Assembly (NCBI GenBank): GCA_000092065.1
Contig: CP000594.1
Strand: one strand, 5' to 3'
DNA from: Ostreococcus lucimarinus
Lineage: Eukaryota
DNA length: 64,000 bases
In this document: in pieces, positions 9,789 through 19,183 of the stretch
Position numbering within the stretch: position 1 is the first letter of the stretch
Layout of the letters: each line of letters starts with the position of its first letter
Translations under genes and position numbers: made by a program
The notes under the pieces: model-generated
What the model was told of the DNA's origin: nothing
Databases searched by the model: none
Seen by the model: the letters and a program-made list of their open reading frames with translations, nothing else

Positions 9789-10909
9789 ATGCGCTGCGCC
9801 GCCGCGCCGCGCGAGATGCGCGCGTGCGCGACCTCCTCGCGCGCGCGCGCGACGCGAGACCGCCGCGCGACGCCGCGAGCGGCGCGATCGCGCCGCCGCG
9901 CGGCACCCAGGAAAAGCGCTCGATCGGCGCTCGCGCGCGCCGCGGACGGCGCGCGCGACGACGAAACGACGCACGAGTGGTGCGCGGGAGATGCGTCGTC
10001 GACGGACGCGCGCGAAAGCGTCGACGCGCGCGACGCGGGCGCGGACTGACCTCGACGCGTCGAGCACTCGCGCGCAGCGTCGTCATCGAAAACCGAGCGG
10101 CGAGCCTAGACGGCGATAAGCGCACGCTCGTCGTCGCGATCGAGGATAAACAGACGGAATCGAACTTGCGTAAGAGCCCGGGGAGCGCGGTGTACGGAAA
10201 TGGGAACGGGAAGGTGTGGACGGAGATGTACGACGAGCCGGGGCAGTACGTCAGGGCGCGGTGCGGGTGCGGCGCGGAGACGCGCTTGCCGATAGCGCGA
10301 TCGCCGTATCACGTGCGGTACGACTCGGCGAGGTTAGACAGCGCGAAGGTTGAATTCTTGGTGGATTCGAGTCATCATCCGAACGCGCTGACGGGCGCGA
10401 AACCGGGCGACGTGTTTCACGTGAGCGAGCCGCGCGGCGTCGGCTTCTCCAACGTGTTGTTCGCGGAGCGATCGCTCGAGGCGGCGATGCGTAAAAACCA
10501 TCCATTGGTCCTTCTCGCGAACGGTACCGACGGTCTCGCGAGCGTGCGCTCGCTATTAGATTGGCAACCAGTGATGGCGTACGCGGACGCGCATCCTGTG
10601 ACGTTATTTTACCTGTGCGAGAGTCAAGAGAGCGCCGCGCTCTTGTCCATCCACGACGAGTGGCGGGAGGAGGGCTTCAAAATCATTCCGTGCTACGGCG
10701 CTTTGGACGACCAACTCTTCTTGATGGAGCAGTGTTTCCTCACCGGCGCCGTCGCGGCGGGTGGCAAGCCAACCATTCTCGGCGCCGACCCCGCGGCGTG
10801 TTCCGTCTTGCTCGCCGGCGCCGAGGGCGACGTCGCCGGGAGCATCTTGAAGCTCCTGAACGCCCGAGGTATCGCGCGCGACAACATCTTGACGAGTGAC
10901 TTTTTTTAA
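9789..10909 (+). CDS. FAD/NAD(P)-binding oxidoreductase, ferredoxin-reductase-like (pKIWI502-like). Proposed exons 9789..9823 and 10078..10909.
   Basis: C-terminal NAD-binding half (HPLVLLANGTDGLASVRSL.., FKIIPCYGALDD) and PGQYVRARCG FAD-domain motif. The track ORF begins with GTG at 9824, which is exactly a GTGCGC donor. Branch ACTGAC at 10045 and acceptor CAG at 10075-10077. Exon phases 2/2 are compatible. Spliced length 867 nt = 288 aa. The intron removes an Arg-rich junk translation. An alternative ATG exists at 9816. Confidence 0.6.
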
Positions 10910-11055
10910 TCCCTAAAGAAGCGTCCGCGCGCCGCGCCGTCGTCAGATTATTCGCGCGCGCCGCGCGTCGTCCGCGCCGTCGTCGCCGCAGCGCGCGACC
11001 GACGCACCGCACTTCCCCGCGCGCGTCGTCGCGCCGTCGTCGCTCGCGCGCGATC

Positions 11056-13464
11056 ATGGGAAAGAAGGAAGAGACCCCCGAGCAGCGCGCCGCGCGCAAG
11101 GCGAAAGGTGCGTCGCGCGTTTCGTCGCGTTTCTTCGAGGCGGCGGCTGCGCTGGTCTCGAAAGATCGCCGCGCTCGCGCCGCGTGCGCGCGCGCGGCGC
11201 GCTCGTGCGCGCGCGAAACCGAACGAAGCGATCGCGATGAAGGACTGACGGACGTTCGCGACGCGCGTCGCGACGGTGTGCGCGCAGAGAAGGGCGAGAA
11301 GAAGTCTGACAAGGGCGAAAAGAAGGAAAAGAAGGAAAAGAAGGAGAAAAGGGACGACAAGGGCAGGAGAGGGAATGAAAAGACCGCGCCGAGAGCGCCG
11401 CCGAAGATGCGAGCGCCGCCGCCGCCGACGAACGATCGGGACGATTACTTGGCGGGGATGGATTTGCCGTCGAGCGATAGCGATAGCGGAAGCGAAAAGG
11501 AGGTCGCACGCGAGGAGAAGGTGACCGCGCTTCCGTCGGGACCGACGGATAAACAAATCAAGCGACAGAGACAGAAAGAGATTGAAGCGGCGCGTAAAGA
11601 GGCGCAGGCTAAAGCGGAGGCGATGATGGAGGATGATGACGCGTTCAACGTGCGAATTCCGAACATGTCGGACGAAATGATGGCGGCGATGGCGAATAGT
11701 AGGGATATTAAGATCGACGGGTTCTCCGTGAGCGCCCGAGGGAAGCCTTTGTTGACCAACACCTCGTTGACGATCGCACACGGGCGGAGATACGGTTTGG
11801 TGGGTCCTAACGGTACCGGTAAAACCACCGTGATGAAATTGCTCGCGAGGCGCAAAATTCCCGTCCCAGAGCACATCGACATTTTGCTCGTCGAACAAGA
11901 AGTTGTCGGTGATGATCGCTCGGCGTTGCAATCTGTCGTCGCGGCCGACGTCGAGTTGCAAGATTTACGCAAGAAGAAGGTTGAGCTCGAAGACTTGATG
12001 GAGAAGCTCGCCATCGGCGACTCGAGCGTGACGGAGCCCGTGTTCAAAAACGAAGAGACGGGCGAAGAGAACGATTTGAACGCTGAGCTCAACAAAACGT
12101 ACGAACGATTGAATGAGAAGGGAGACGCCACCGCAGAAGCGCGCGCGTCGAAGATTCTTCACGGTTTGGGTTTTACGGTGCCGAAGAAGGATGGTTCGCA
12201 AGGGCCGGATCGTTTCTCCATGCACAACACTACGAAAAGCTTTTCTGGTGGTTGGCGTATGCGCATCTCCCTCGCCCGCGCGCTGTTCATCGAGCCCACG
12301 TGTTTGTTGCTCGATGAGCCGACCAACCACTTGGATTTACGAGCTGTTATTTGGCTTGAAGAGTATTTGATGCGCTGGAAGAAGACGCTCGTCGTCGTAT
12401 CGCACGATCGCGACTTCTTGTCCTCCGTCACGACGGATATCGTGCACTTGCACGACCACAAGCTCGACCAATACAAGGGCTCATTCGATCAATTCGAAGA
12501 GATGTACGAGATTCGTCGTCGCGAGGCTAATAAGGCTTTCGAAAAGTACGAAAAGGAGATGAAGGCGGCGAAGAAGGCGTCGAGCAAATCGAAGCAGCAA
12601 GATGTCAAGGACAAGGCGAAGAAGGCCCAAGAGCGCAAACAAGGGAATAAAAAGAATAAGGGTATGATGATGGACGACGACGACGACGCGCCGTCACAAT
12701 TACCTGAGAAATGGGCCGATTACCAAGTCAAATTTAGCTTCCCGACGCCGACTGAGTTGCCTCCGCCACTCATTGGCCTGAACGAGTGTTCGTTCGAGTA
12801 TCCCGGACTCAAAGGCTTTTCGTTGGACAAAATCGACCTTGGTATCGATATGGGTACGCGAGTGGCTATCATTGGCCCGAATGGTGCGGGTAAGTCTACG
12901 CTGATGAATCTCTTAGCCGGCGACTTGGAACCAACGAGCGGGGAATCGCGCCGTTCGCACGCGCTGAGAATCGGTCGCTACTCTCAGCACTTCGTCGACG
13001 TCTTAGCCATGGACGAAAATCCAGTGGAGTACTTGAGACGCAAGTACCTGAAAGAGAACGGCTCTTCGTACAAGCCCGAAGAAATCCGCGCCAAGCTCGG
13101 TCGATTCGGCTTGCCCGGGCACAACCACTTGACACCGATCGTGAAACTTTCCGGTGGTCAAAAAGCTCGCGTCGTTTTCACAGCCATCGGTCTATCCAAC
13201 CCTCACATCTTGCTTCTGGATGAGCCGACGAACCACTTGGACATGCAGTCGATCGATGCCCTCGCGGATGCCTTGGAAGAATTCGAAGGCGGCGTCGTCA
13301 TGATTACGCACGACGCGCACATTTGCGAACAAGTGCTCGACGACGAGAAGAGCGAGATTTGGGTCGTCGACGAAGGTCGTGTCGATAAATTCAACGGCGA
13401 TTTCGCGGAGTACCGCAAACAATTAGTCGCTGAAATCGCCGCCGAGCTCGACGACGAAAATTAA
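11056..13464 (+). CDS. ABC-F family ATPase (GCN20/ABCF-like, two ABC cassettes)
   Basis: ATG at 11056. Two Walker A sites (GPNGTGKTT, GPNGAGKST), two LSGG signatures and a Lys/Glu-rich N-terminal region. A possible in-frame 180-nt intron at 11108..11287 is described in findings. Confidence 0.9.
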   Translation: MGKKEETPEQRAARKAKGASRVSSRFFEAAAALVSKDRRARAACARAARSCARETERSDRDEGLTDVRDARRDGVRAEKGEKKSDKGEKKEKKEKKEKRDDKGRRGNEKTAPRAPPKMRAPPPPTNDRDDYLAGMDLPSSDSDSGSEKEVAREEKVTALPSGPTDKQIKRQRQKEIEAARKEAQAKAEAMMEDDDAFNVRIPNMSDEMMAAMANSRDIKIDGFSVSARGKPLLTNTSLTIAHGRRYGLVGPNGTGKTTVMKLLARRKIPVPEHIDILLVEQEVVGDDRSALQSVVAADVELQDLRKKKVELEDLMEKLAIGDSSVTEPVFKNEETGEENDLNAELNKTYERLNEKGDATAEARASKILHGLGFTVPKKDGSQGPDRFSMHNTTKSFSGGWRMRISLARALFIEPTCLLLDEPTNHLDLRAVIWLEEYLMRWKKTLVVVSHDRDFLSSVTTDIVHLHDHKLDQYKGSFDQFEEMYEIRRREANKAFEKYEKEMKAAKKASSKSKQQDVKDKAKKAQERKQGNKKNKGMMMDDDDDAPSQLPEKWADYQVKFSFPTPTELPPPLIGLNECSFEYPGLKGFSLDKIDLGIDMGTRVAIIGPNGAGKSTLMNLLAGDLEPTSGESRRSHALRIGRYSQHFVDVLAMDENPVEYLRRKYLKENGSSYKPEEIRAKLGRFGLPGHNHLTPIVKLSGGQKARVVFTAIGLSNPHILLLDEPTNHLDMQSIDALADALEEFEGGVVMITHDAHICEQVLDDEKSEIWVVDEGRVDKFNGDFAEYRKQLVAEIAAELDDEN

Positions 13465-13556
13465 CACCACGAGTTGCTTTTGTTATGAGATGGTGACCCC
13501 ACCTGAAATACACTAAGTCTTGCTACTGCTAATCATCAATCGCTCGACATCGAGTC

Positions 13557-14222
13557 CTAAAGCGTTCGCAATAAATACTCCACCGCCTCTTCCTTCGTGC
13601 TTCCCGTGGATAACAAAAAGTCCACCATCTTTTTCGCGTTTTCGTTGGCGTCCAACCCGAGCAAGCTCGGCCGCTTCGTCACGTCATCCACAAACATCTC
13701 CGCCGTCCGCTCGAACGTCGCCTCCATGTACTCAAACAACGGTCTCAATCGTTTCTCCACGTCGTACGCCAACACCGCGGGATTACGTATGACTAAAAAT
13801 CCAACCGCGTCCTCCTTCACGCCGCTCGCCTTCAGAAACTCCACCACCTCTCGCATCTCTTCCGCGCCGAATTTCATCGCTTTCGGGTCTTGGCCTCGTC
13901 GCACCGCCTCGCGCTCGAACGCTGTGGACGCTCGGGACATGACTTGCAGCGCCTGCGCCCTGGGGACGCCGATGGACTCGAGGTATTCGTACTCGCCAAT
14001 CATTTCCTTTTCCTGGGTCAGGCGATAGATTCGTTGCACGCCCTGTCGCCCGGGGCGCAGGCGCGATTCCGTCGCGCGCGAGACGCGGCGACGCTCGCGT
14101 CGCGAGCCGTGCGCGAGCTTGAGCTCGCGGGTGATCGGTTTAAACATCGCGAAAATCGGTGTCCCGAAATGAGGTTGAGGTTTTGGGCAGCCGTCGGGGC
14201 GTCGGGACTCGCGAGAGAACAT
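13557..14222 (-). CDS. mTERF-domain protein (221 aa)
   Basis: ATG verified at 14220-14222 on the complement. Repeated mTERF-like helical motifs (RNPAVLAYDVEKRLRPLFEYM, KRPSLLGLDANENAKKMVDFL). The start lies only 22 bp after the stop of the upstream gene, so a downstream ATG at 14147 is an alternative. Confidence 0.55.
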   Translation of the reverse strand: MFSRESRRPDGCPKPQPHFGTPIFAMFKPITRELKLAHGSRRERRRVSRATESRLRPGRQGVQRIYRLTQEKEMIGEYEYLESIGVPRAQALQVMSRASTAFEREAVRRGQDPKAMKFGAEEMREVVEFLKASGVKEDAVGFLVIRNPAVLAYDVEKRLRPLFEYMEATFERTAEMFVDDVTKRPSLLGLDANENAKKMVDFLLSTGSTKEEAVEYLLRTL

Positions 14223-14243
14223 AATAATACAGCGAACGTCGCA

Positions 14244-16775
14244 TCACTCGCGCTTGACGCGCTCTAAAGGATGCCTAGAGAAAGATGAAGCGACGGCGAC
14301 GATGGCGCAAACGTCGGCGACGGTGGAACCGATGGCGTCGAAGACGAATTTTGGCGCAAAAATCGCCCAAACCATCAAATGTCGACGGTGGATGAAGGCG
14401 CACAGGGCGGCGCACGTCGCCGCGAATGCGCGGAAGAGCGCGACTTTCATCGATACGCGCACGGTCAATCGTTGGAAAGACTCGTATGGTTCATTTTGAG
14501 TCATAGCGAACGCGAAGAGCGGAATGGCGACGGCGAGAATGATTTCACCACTCCACGTTTCAAAGCCGAGGAGAAATCCCATGCCGTAAAAGTTGAATTT
14601 GCGAAAGCCGGTGAACGCGACGGCGAAGTGTAAACCGTCAAACGAGCACGTGTGTCCTCCACCAAAAAATACAACCGTGCTCGCGAGCCATAGTCCACTG
14701 GCGACGACAGTTTCCGTGCCTTTCGAGCGCGGCGACGCGTCGACCAAGAGGCTGAGCAAACCGTCGTACAAGACGTATGTCAGCGCTACGTACGCGACGC
14801 CTAGGATTGGTCCGGCGAGCATGGCGATCGTCGGTGCGACTGAGAGTATGAAAACTCGCAGAAGACGTGCGACGTTCGCCGACGGCGACCGCGTCGACGT
14901 CTCGATCCCGTTCGCCACAGCGCCTGCGATTGAAAGCGCGTACGTCGCACGGGCGAGCGCGATTCCTTCGCCTTTGAAAACTAAAATTTGCACGCTCCGA
15001 ATCGCCACGGTGAGCCAGGCGCACGATGCGATGTCGACGACGCGTAACTTACCATTGTACGACGCCATCGACGCATGGCGACGAATCGCGTTCAAAGCGA
15101 CGATGACGACGACGAGCCCGCACGTTGCGATGACGACGGTGATCGCGGGCGACGCGATCGCCGTCGAGTCACTCTTCACCCACGACACTCCTAAAACATA
15201 AAGCGCACCGTTAGCAAAAAGGCACTTGCATCCACTTTGCAAGACCCCCGCTTGACCTCGTGTGAATCTCCCAAACATCGCGGCGACGATGAACGTGGCG
15301 AAGAGAAATTGCATCATCTCGCGCTCTTGCACCACGAAACTATTCGATAATCGTGCCACGGACGCTAATATCACCATAAATACACCGACGCGCGCGATCA
15401 TAAGATCTAAATCTCCATCGCGCGCGTCGTCGACTTTGTCGTACGCGAGCACGGCGTGCGCCGTGAGCGTGACGACGAGCGCGATGAAACCAACCGTCAT
15501 GCTCAACAATCCGAATTGTGCCCACTTCGCGCGCGCCAATTCTGCCACCTCATTCATGAAATCCAGCACAAACTCTGTCGTGTCTACAGATTTATTCGCT
15601 CGCACCACCTTCATGAGCGCCGCGAGGCGCGTGGTGTGTTCGGCACCAAACGGACTCGTCTTGCCGTCGCCGTACGATTGAACGTACGTCCAAATTTGCT
15701 CCGCGTTCGCGTGCATCGCGCGCACGTAAGCGGCGAACACATCGCCTCGCCCACTCGCGCGTTTCCCCTCGTGCGCGAGATTGAATACTTTTTCGTTCAC
15801 CTTTCCTAAATTTCCATGCGGTATGGGCACGCCCAGAAGCGTCGCCATCGTCGGCGCGAAGTCAATCTGTGGGAAATCATCGTCGTCTTCGCCGTCGCCG
15901 TTCCCACAGTTCTCACCTTTCGCCCAGGGGTGATACGCGAGCATGAAAGACTCCACCTCCTCGGGCGTCCCACCGCCGTGGTCTCCGTTGTCTGTCATCC
16001 CATGATCGCCGAACACGAACACCATCGCGTCGGCGTACTTTTCGTCCGCTCGCATCGCCTCGACTACGTTCTCGATATCTCGATCATTCTCCTCTAACTT
16101 TGCGCGCATGAAATCCGTCGTCGCCCCGTGCGTGTGGCCGACGTGATCGGCACCGAGCATGTGCCCTATCAAAACGTCCCAGTCATCGGGCGCGCGCAAC
16201 GCGGCCGCCATCGACGCGCGCACGCCGGCGTCCACCGTCTCCGTATCCTTCACGTCAAAGCTCGGATACATCGCCGCCCCCGCCCGAAACGTCGCGTTCA
16301 CGTCGAAAAGTTCGCTCCACGTATCGTCCCCACTGATCGCCATCCGTCGTCCATTCGCGCTCAACTGTTCGATCAAATTATCTTCCCCGAGCGTCGTCCC
16401 GCCGAACGACGCGCTCGCGTCGATAAACGTCGGCAACCCTCCCGTGAGCAATCCCTTCAACCGCTGCTGCGTCGTCGTCGGCGCGTCCGCTATGAATTTA
16501 AACACCATCCCTCGTCCTCGTTCGTTCGTCGCGTCTTCGCACCGCCTCCCCCCCCCGTATCGTCTCGCGCTCGGCAGTTTCAACCGCCGCCGCGCCTCGT
16601 CGCCCTCGTCCCTCGTCGCCGTCGTCCAATCGTGCCGCGCGCCGTCGACGACGAGCACCACCGCCTTATCGACGATCGCGCGCGCCGCGTCCGGCCTCGC
16701 GGTCGCCCTCGACGGCGATTCCACGCGCGCGAGCAGAAACCCAGACGCGAACAGTCGCAGCGCCGTAAACTTCAT
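14244..16775 (-). CDS. GPI ethanolamine-phosphate transferase (PIG-O / PIG-G / Gpi13 family)
   Basis: ATG verified at 16773-16775 (MKFTALRLF.., a signal-anchor). N-terminal alkaline-phosphatase/sulfatase-like domain (HMLGADHVGHTHG, FVFGDHGMTDNGDHGGGTPEE) followed by about 10 TM helices. The track ORF extends upstream in frame with no other plausible start. Confidence 0.85.
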   Translation of the reverse strand: MKFTALRLFASGFLLARVESPSRATARPDAARAIVDKAVVLVVDGARHDWTTATRDEGDEARRRLKLPSARRYGGGRRCEDATNERGRGMVFKFIADAPTTTQQRLKGLLTGGLPTFIDASASFGGTTLGEDNLIEQLSANGRRMAISGDDTWSELFDVNATFRAGAAMYPSFDVKDTETVDAGVRASMAAALRAPDDWDVLIGHMLGADHVGHTHGATTDFMRAKLEENDRDIENVVEAMRADEKYADAMVFVFGDHGMTDNGDHGGGTPEEVESFMLAYHPWAKGENCGNGDGEDDDDFPQIDFAPTMATLLGVPIPHGNLGKVNEKVFNLAHEGKRASGRGDVFAAYVRAMHANAEQIWTYVQSYGDGKTSPFGAEHTTRLAALMKVVRANKSVDTTEFVLDFMNEVAELARAKWAQFGLLSMTVGFIALVVTLTAHAVLAYDKVDDARDGDLDLMIARVGVFMVILASVARLSNSFVVQEREMMQFLFATFIVAAMFGRFTRGQAGVLQSGCKCLFANGALYVLGVSWVKSDSTAIASPAITVVIATCGLVVVIVALNAIRRHASMASYNGKLRVVDIASCAWLTVAIRSVQILVFKGEGIALARATYALSIAGAVANGIETSTRSPSANVARLLRVFILSVAPTIAMLAGPILGVAYVALTYVLYDGLLSLLVDASPRSKGTETVVASGLWLASTVVFFGGGHTCSFDGLHFAVAFTGFRKFNFYGMGFLLGFETWSGEIILAVAIPLFAFAMTQNEPYESFQRLTVRVSMKVALFRAFAATCAALCAFIHRRHLMVWAIFAPKFVFDAIGSTVADVCAIVAVASSFSRHPLERVKRE

Positions 16776-16916
16776 CGCCGTCGCCAGCGTCCACGCGCGC
16801 GTCCGACGCGCCGGCGACGCATCGCCGTCGCGACCGCGACGGCGCATCGCGCGCGCGCGCGCGCGTTCGTTCGAATCGAAATCGAACGCCGTCGTCGCGC
16901 GCCGGCGACTGGATGG

Positions 16917-17143
16917 TCGTCGCGCGCGCGCGCGCGCGCGCGCGCACACATTTTTATATGGCGCAATCAGAGGTATTGTACGACCTCAGCGTTCATACAA
17001 CGGCGGTGCGCGTACCCATGTATGTATTCATTACCAGAGCCACGGCGACGGCCCGCGCGTCGACCGCCGGACCCACACAGCGCAATCAGAGGTATTGTAC
17101 GACCCCAGCGTTCATATAACGACGGTGCGCGTACCGATGTACG
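16917..17143. repeat. (CG)14 tract plus two copies of a 63-bp direct repeat (period about 118 bp)
   Basis: 16917-16950 is cgcgcg...cacaca. Copy 1 at 16961..17024 and copy 2 at 17079..17143 (gcgcaatcagaggtattgtacgacc[t/c]cagcgttcata[c/t]aacg[g/a]cggtgcgcgtacc[c/g]atgta) are about 90 percent identical. They lie between divergent start codons at 16775 and 17231. Confidence 0.8.
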
Positions 17144-17230
17144 ACCAGAGACGCGGCGACGGCCATCGGACGCCACGTCGCGCCGCGACGCGCGCGCGCG
17201 ACGGCGCGCGCGTCCGAGATCGCGCGCGCG

Positions 17231-19003
17231 ATGCCGCGCGCGTCGACGCGCGACGCCGACGCGCCGGGTTCGGCGCGCGCGGACGCTCGCGCGCGCGATG
17301 CCGCGTCGACGTCGCGCGAGACGGACGACGCCGACGCGCTGGCATCGGCGCGCGCGTCCGCGCTCCTCGACGACGCGACGCTCGAGCGCGCGATGGGGGC
17401 GACGGAGCATCGACGATTCGCGTTGAAGTGTCGCGCGCTGCGGTTCCGCGCGCGACGCGCGATCGAATCGAGACGCGACGGCGACGACGACGCGGCGCGC
17501 GAGCGACGCGCGGAGGACGCGGCGACGCTGGAGGCGACGGCGGCGTTTTGGCGCGAATTGTCGAGCGACGCGTCGAGCGGGACGAGGGCGCTGACGGCGC
17601 TGTTGAGACTCGCGCTGGACGGACGCGAGGGCGCGGGATCGGACGGGACGCGCGTGTCGAGCGCGAGAGCGCTGGCGAGGGCGCACCGGCCGCGAGACGT
17701 CGACGAGGACGAGGCGCCGACGACGGAGGCGCTGTTTCGGAGCGGCGACGCGCTGCGCGCGCGGGCGACGGCGCAGAATTTCGGAAGCGGCTTCGTCGCG
17801 GGGTTGGGGGGGGTGTTGACGCTGCCGATCGCGATCCCGGCGCAGCTCGCGGCGACGACGTTTACGTCGCTGCGACTCGCGCTGGCGCTGGCGATTTTAG
17901 CGGGGAAGGATCCGCTCGAACCGTCCGTCGCGGCGAAGGCGATCGCGGCGGCGCTCGGGAGCGCGGGAAGCGCGAGCGAAGAGTTGGACGACGTCGCGAG
18001 CGTGGGCGCGGGGGTGCGGGACGGGGTGCAATACGCCGCGATTCGAGCGAGCGGCACCGCGATGCAAAACGCTTCGTGGCGATTGACGCGCGCGGCGGCG
18101 ACAAAGTTGGCGCAGCGCGGGGCGCAGCGCGGCGCGTCGATGGCGATCACTCGCGCGGTGCCGATCATCGGAGGCGTCATCGGCGGCGCCGTGGACGGCG
18201 TCGTGACGCAAAACGCGGGGAACCGCGCGATGGCGGCGTTTTTCCCGCCGCGGCCGAAGGATTGTTCGACGATTGAGGAGAGCATTCGCAAGAGTAAAGA
18301 CGAGGCGGTGGCGAACGTGAAGAACGCGGCGGAAACCGCGGCGAAAACGTTAAACGGCGCGTTCGATAAAATATCCGTATCGCTGAAGACGAGTTTCGGA
18401 AAGCAAACGGACGACGCCGAGGGCGTCGCGACGCCGACGAGCGCGGGCTATCAAAGCCGCGAACTTTTAGCCGACGACTCGTGGGAACGCTTCGAGCGCG
18501 AGCGAGAATTGGAAAACATGCGCGCCGTCTTAGAAGACGACGTCGCGTTCGACGACGTGCACGCAGACGTGTTTTCGACGAAGTCGTCGTCCACGACGAC
18601 GACGACGACGACGACGAAATCTTCGCTCAAAGACGCCGACGCCGTCGAACGCGCCGCCAGGGACAAGAAAAAAGCCGACGCGTGGGCCGAATTCGACGCC
18701 CGATGGAAAGTGTTTCACGAAGACGTCGCCGACGCGACGACGAAAGTGATTCGTTACAAAGACATTCCGTGGCCGCCGAGCACGTCGCGCGCGCTCGCCG
18801 GCTGTCGCGGCAAAAACGCCGCGCCGGACGCCACCAAACGCGCGTATCGCAAACTCATCTTGCGTTTTCACCCCGATCGTTTCTCGAGGTTCACCCTTCA
18901 CGAGAGGGACAGGGATAAAATCATGGCCAAATGCGTGGCCGTGTCCGCCGCGATTCAGACGCAGTACGCCGAAGCGACTCGCGAGTCGCGAATAGCCGAA
19001 TAG
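17231..19003 (+). CDS. C-terminal J-domain (DnaJ) protein with a Gly/Ala-rich hydrophobic central region (590 aa)
   Basis: ATG at 17231. The C-terminus carries ..DATKRAYRKLILRFHPDRFSRF.. with the HPD tripeptide of J-domains. The central segment GFVAGLGGVLTLPIAIPAQLAATTFTSLRLALALAILAGKDP resembles bacterial EcsC-family proteins (tentative). The TAG stop lies inside a heptamer microsatellite. Confidence 0.6.
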   Translation: MPRASTRDADAPGSARADARARDAASTSRETDDADALASARASALLDDATLERAMGATEHRRFALKCRALRFRARRAIESRRDGDDDAARERRAEDAATLEATAAFWRELSSDASSGTRALTALLRLALDGREGAGSDGTRVSSARALARAHRPRDVDEDEAPTTEALFRSGDALRARATAQNFGSGFVAGLGGVLTLPIAIPAQLAATTFTSLRLALALAILAGKDPLEPSVAAKAIAAALGSAGSASEELDDVASVGAGVRDGVQYAAIRASGTAMQNASWRLTRAAATKLAQRGAQRGASMAITRAVPIIGGVIGGAVDGVVTQNAGNRAMAAFFPPRPKDCSTIEESIRKSKDEAVANVKNAAETAAKTLNGAFDKISVSLKTSFGKQTDDAEGVATPTSAGYQSRELLADDSWERFERERELENMRAVLEDDVAFDDVHADVFSTKSSSTTTTTTTTKSSLKDADAVERAARDKKKADAWAEFDARWKVFHEDVADATTKVIRYKDIPWPPSTSRALAGCRGKNAAPDATKRAYRKLILRFHPDRFSRFTLHERDRDKIMAKCVAVSAAIQTQYAEATRESRIAE

Positions 19004-19183
19004 CGAATAGCGAATAGCGAATAGCGAATAGCGAATAGCGAGTAGTCAACATTTGTGATTCAATAGTCGCAGTCACACGTCGACGCGAGTCGCGAGTCGC
19101 GAGTCGCGAGTACTGTAGCGAAAAGCGAGTAGTCATCTCATCATTCGTGATTCAATAGTCGCGGTCACACGTCGACGCGATCG
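18989..19183. repeat. Composite minisatellite: (GAATAGC)6-7, then a 50-bp unit, (GAGTCGC)4, and a second 50-bp unit
   Basis: Read directly. cgaatagc repeats run 18989-19035. The direct repeats gcgagtagtca..gtgattcaatagtcgc[a/g]gtcacacgtcgacgcga occur at 19038..19088 and 19125..19180. gagtcgc x4 lies at 19087-19114. Confidence 0.85.

Noticed and set aside
17591-17600. gCTGACg hexamers inside coding regions (17591, 741, 42151, 46405) and ACTGAC at 46594
   Set aside because: They lack the preceding A, or have no upstream GTRCGY donor, and the ORFs are uninterrupted. The 46594 hit simply contains the TGA stop codon of CAP-G.
18989-19183. CRISPR array among the direct repeats (18989-19183, 52103-52267, 16961-17143)
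   Set aside because: Repeat units are 7 bp, 29 bp x4 with variable short spacers, or only two copies. There are no regular unique spacers and no cas genes, and the context is eukaryotic. These are promoter/UTR minisatellites.
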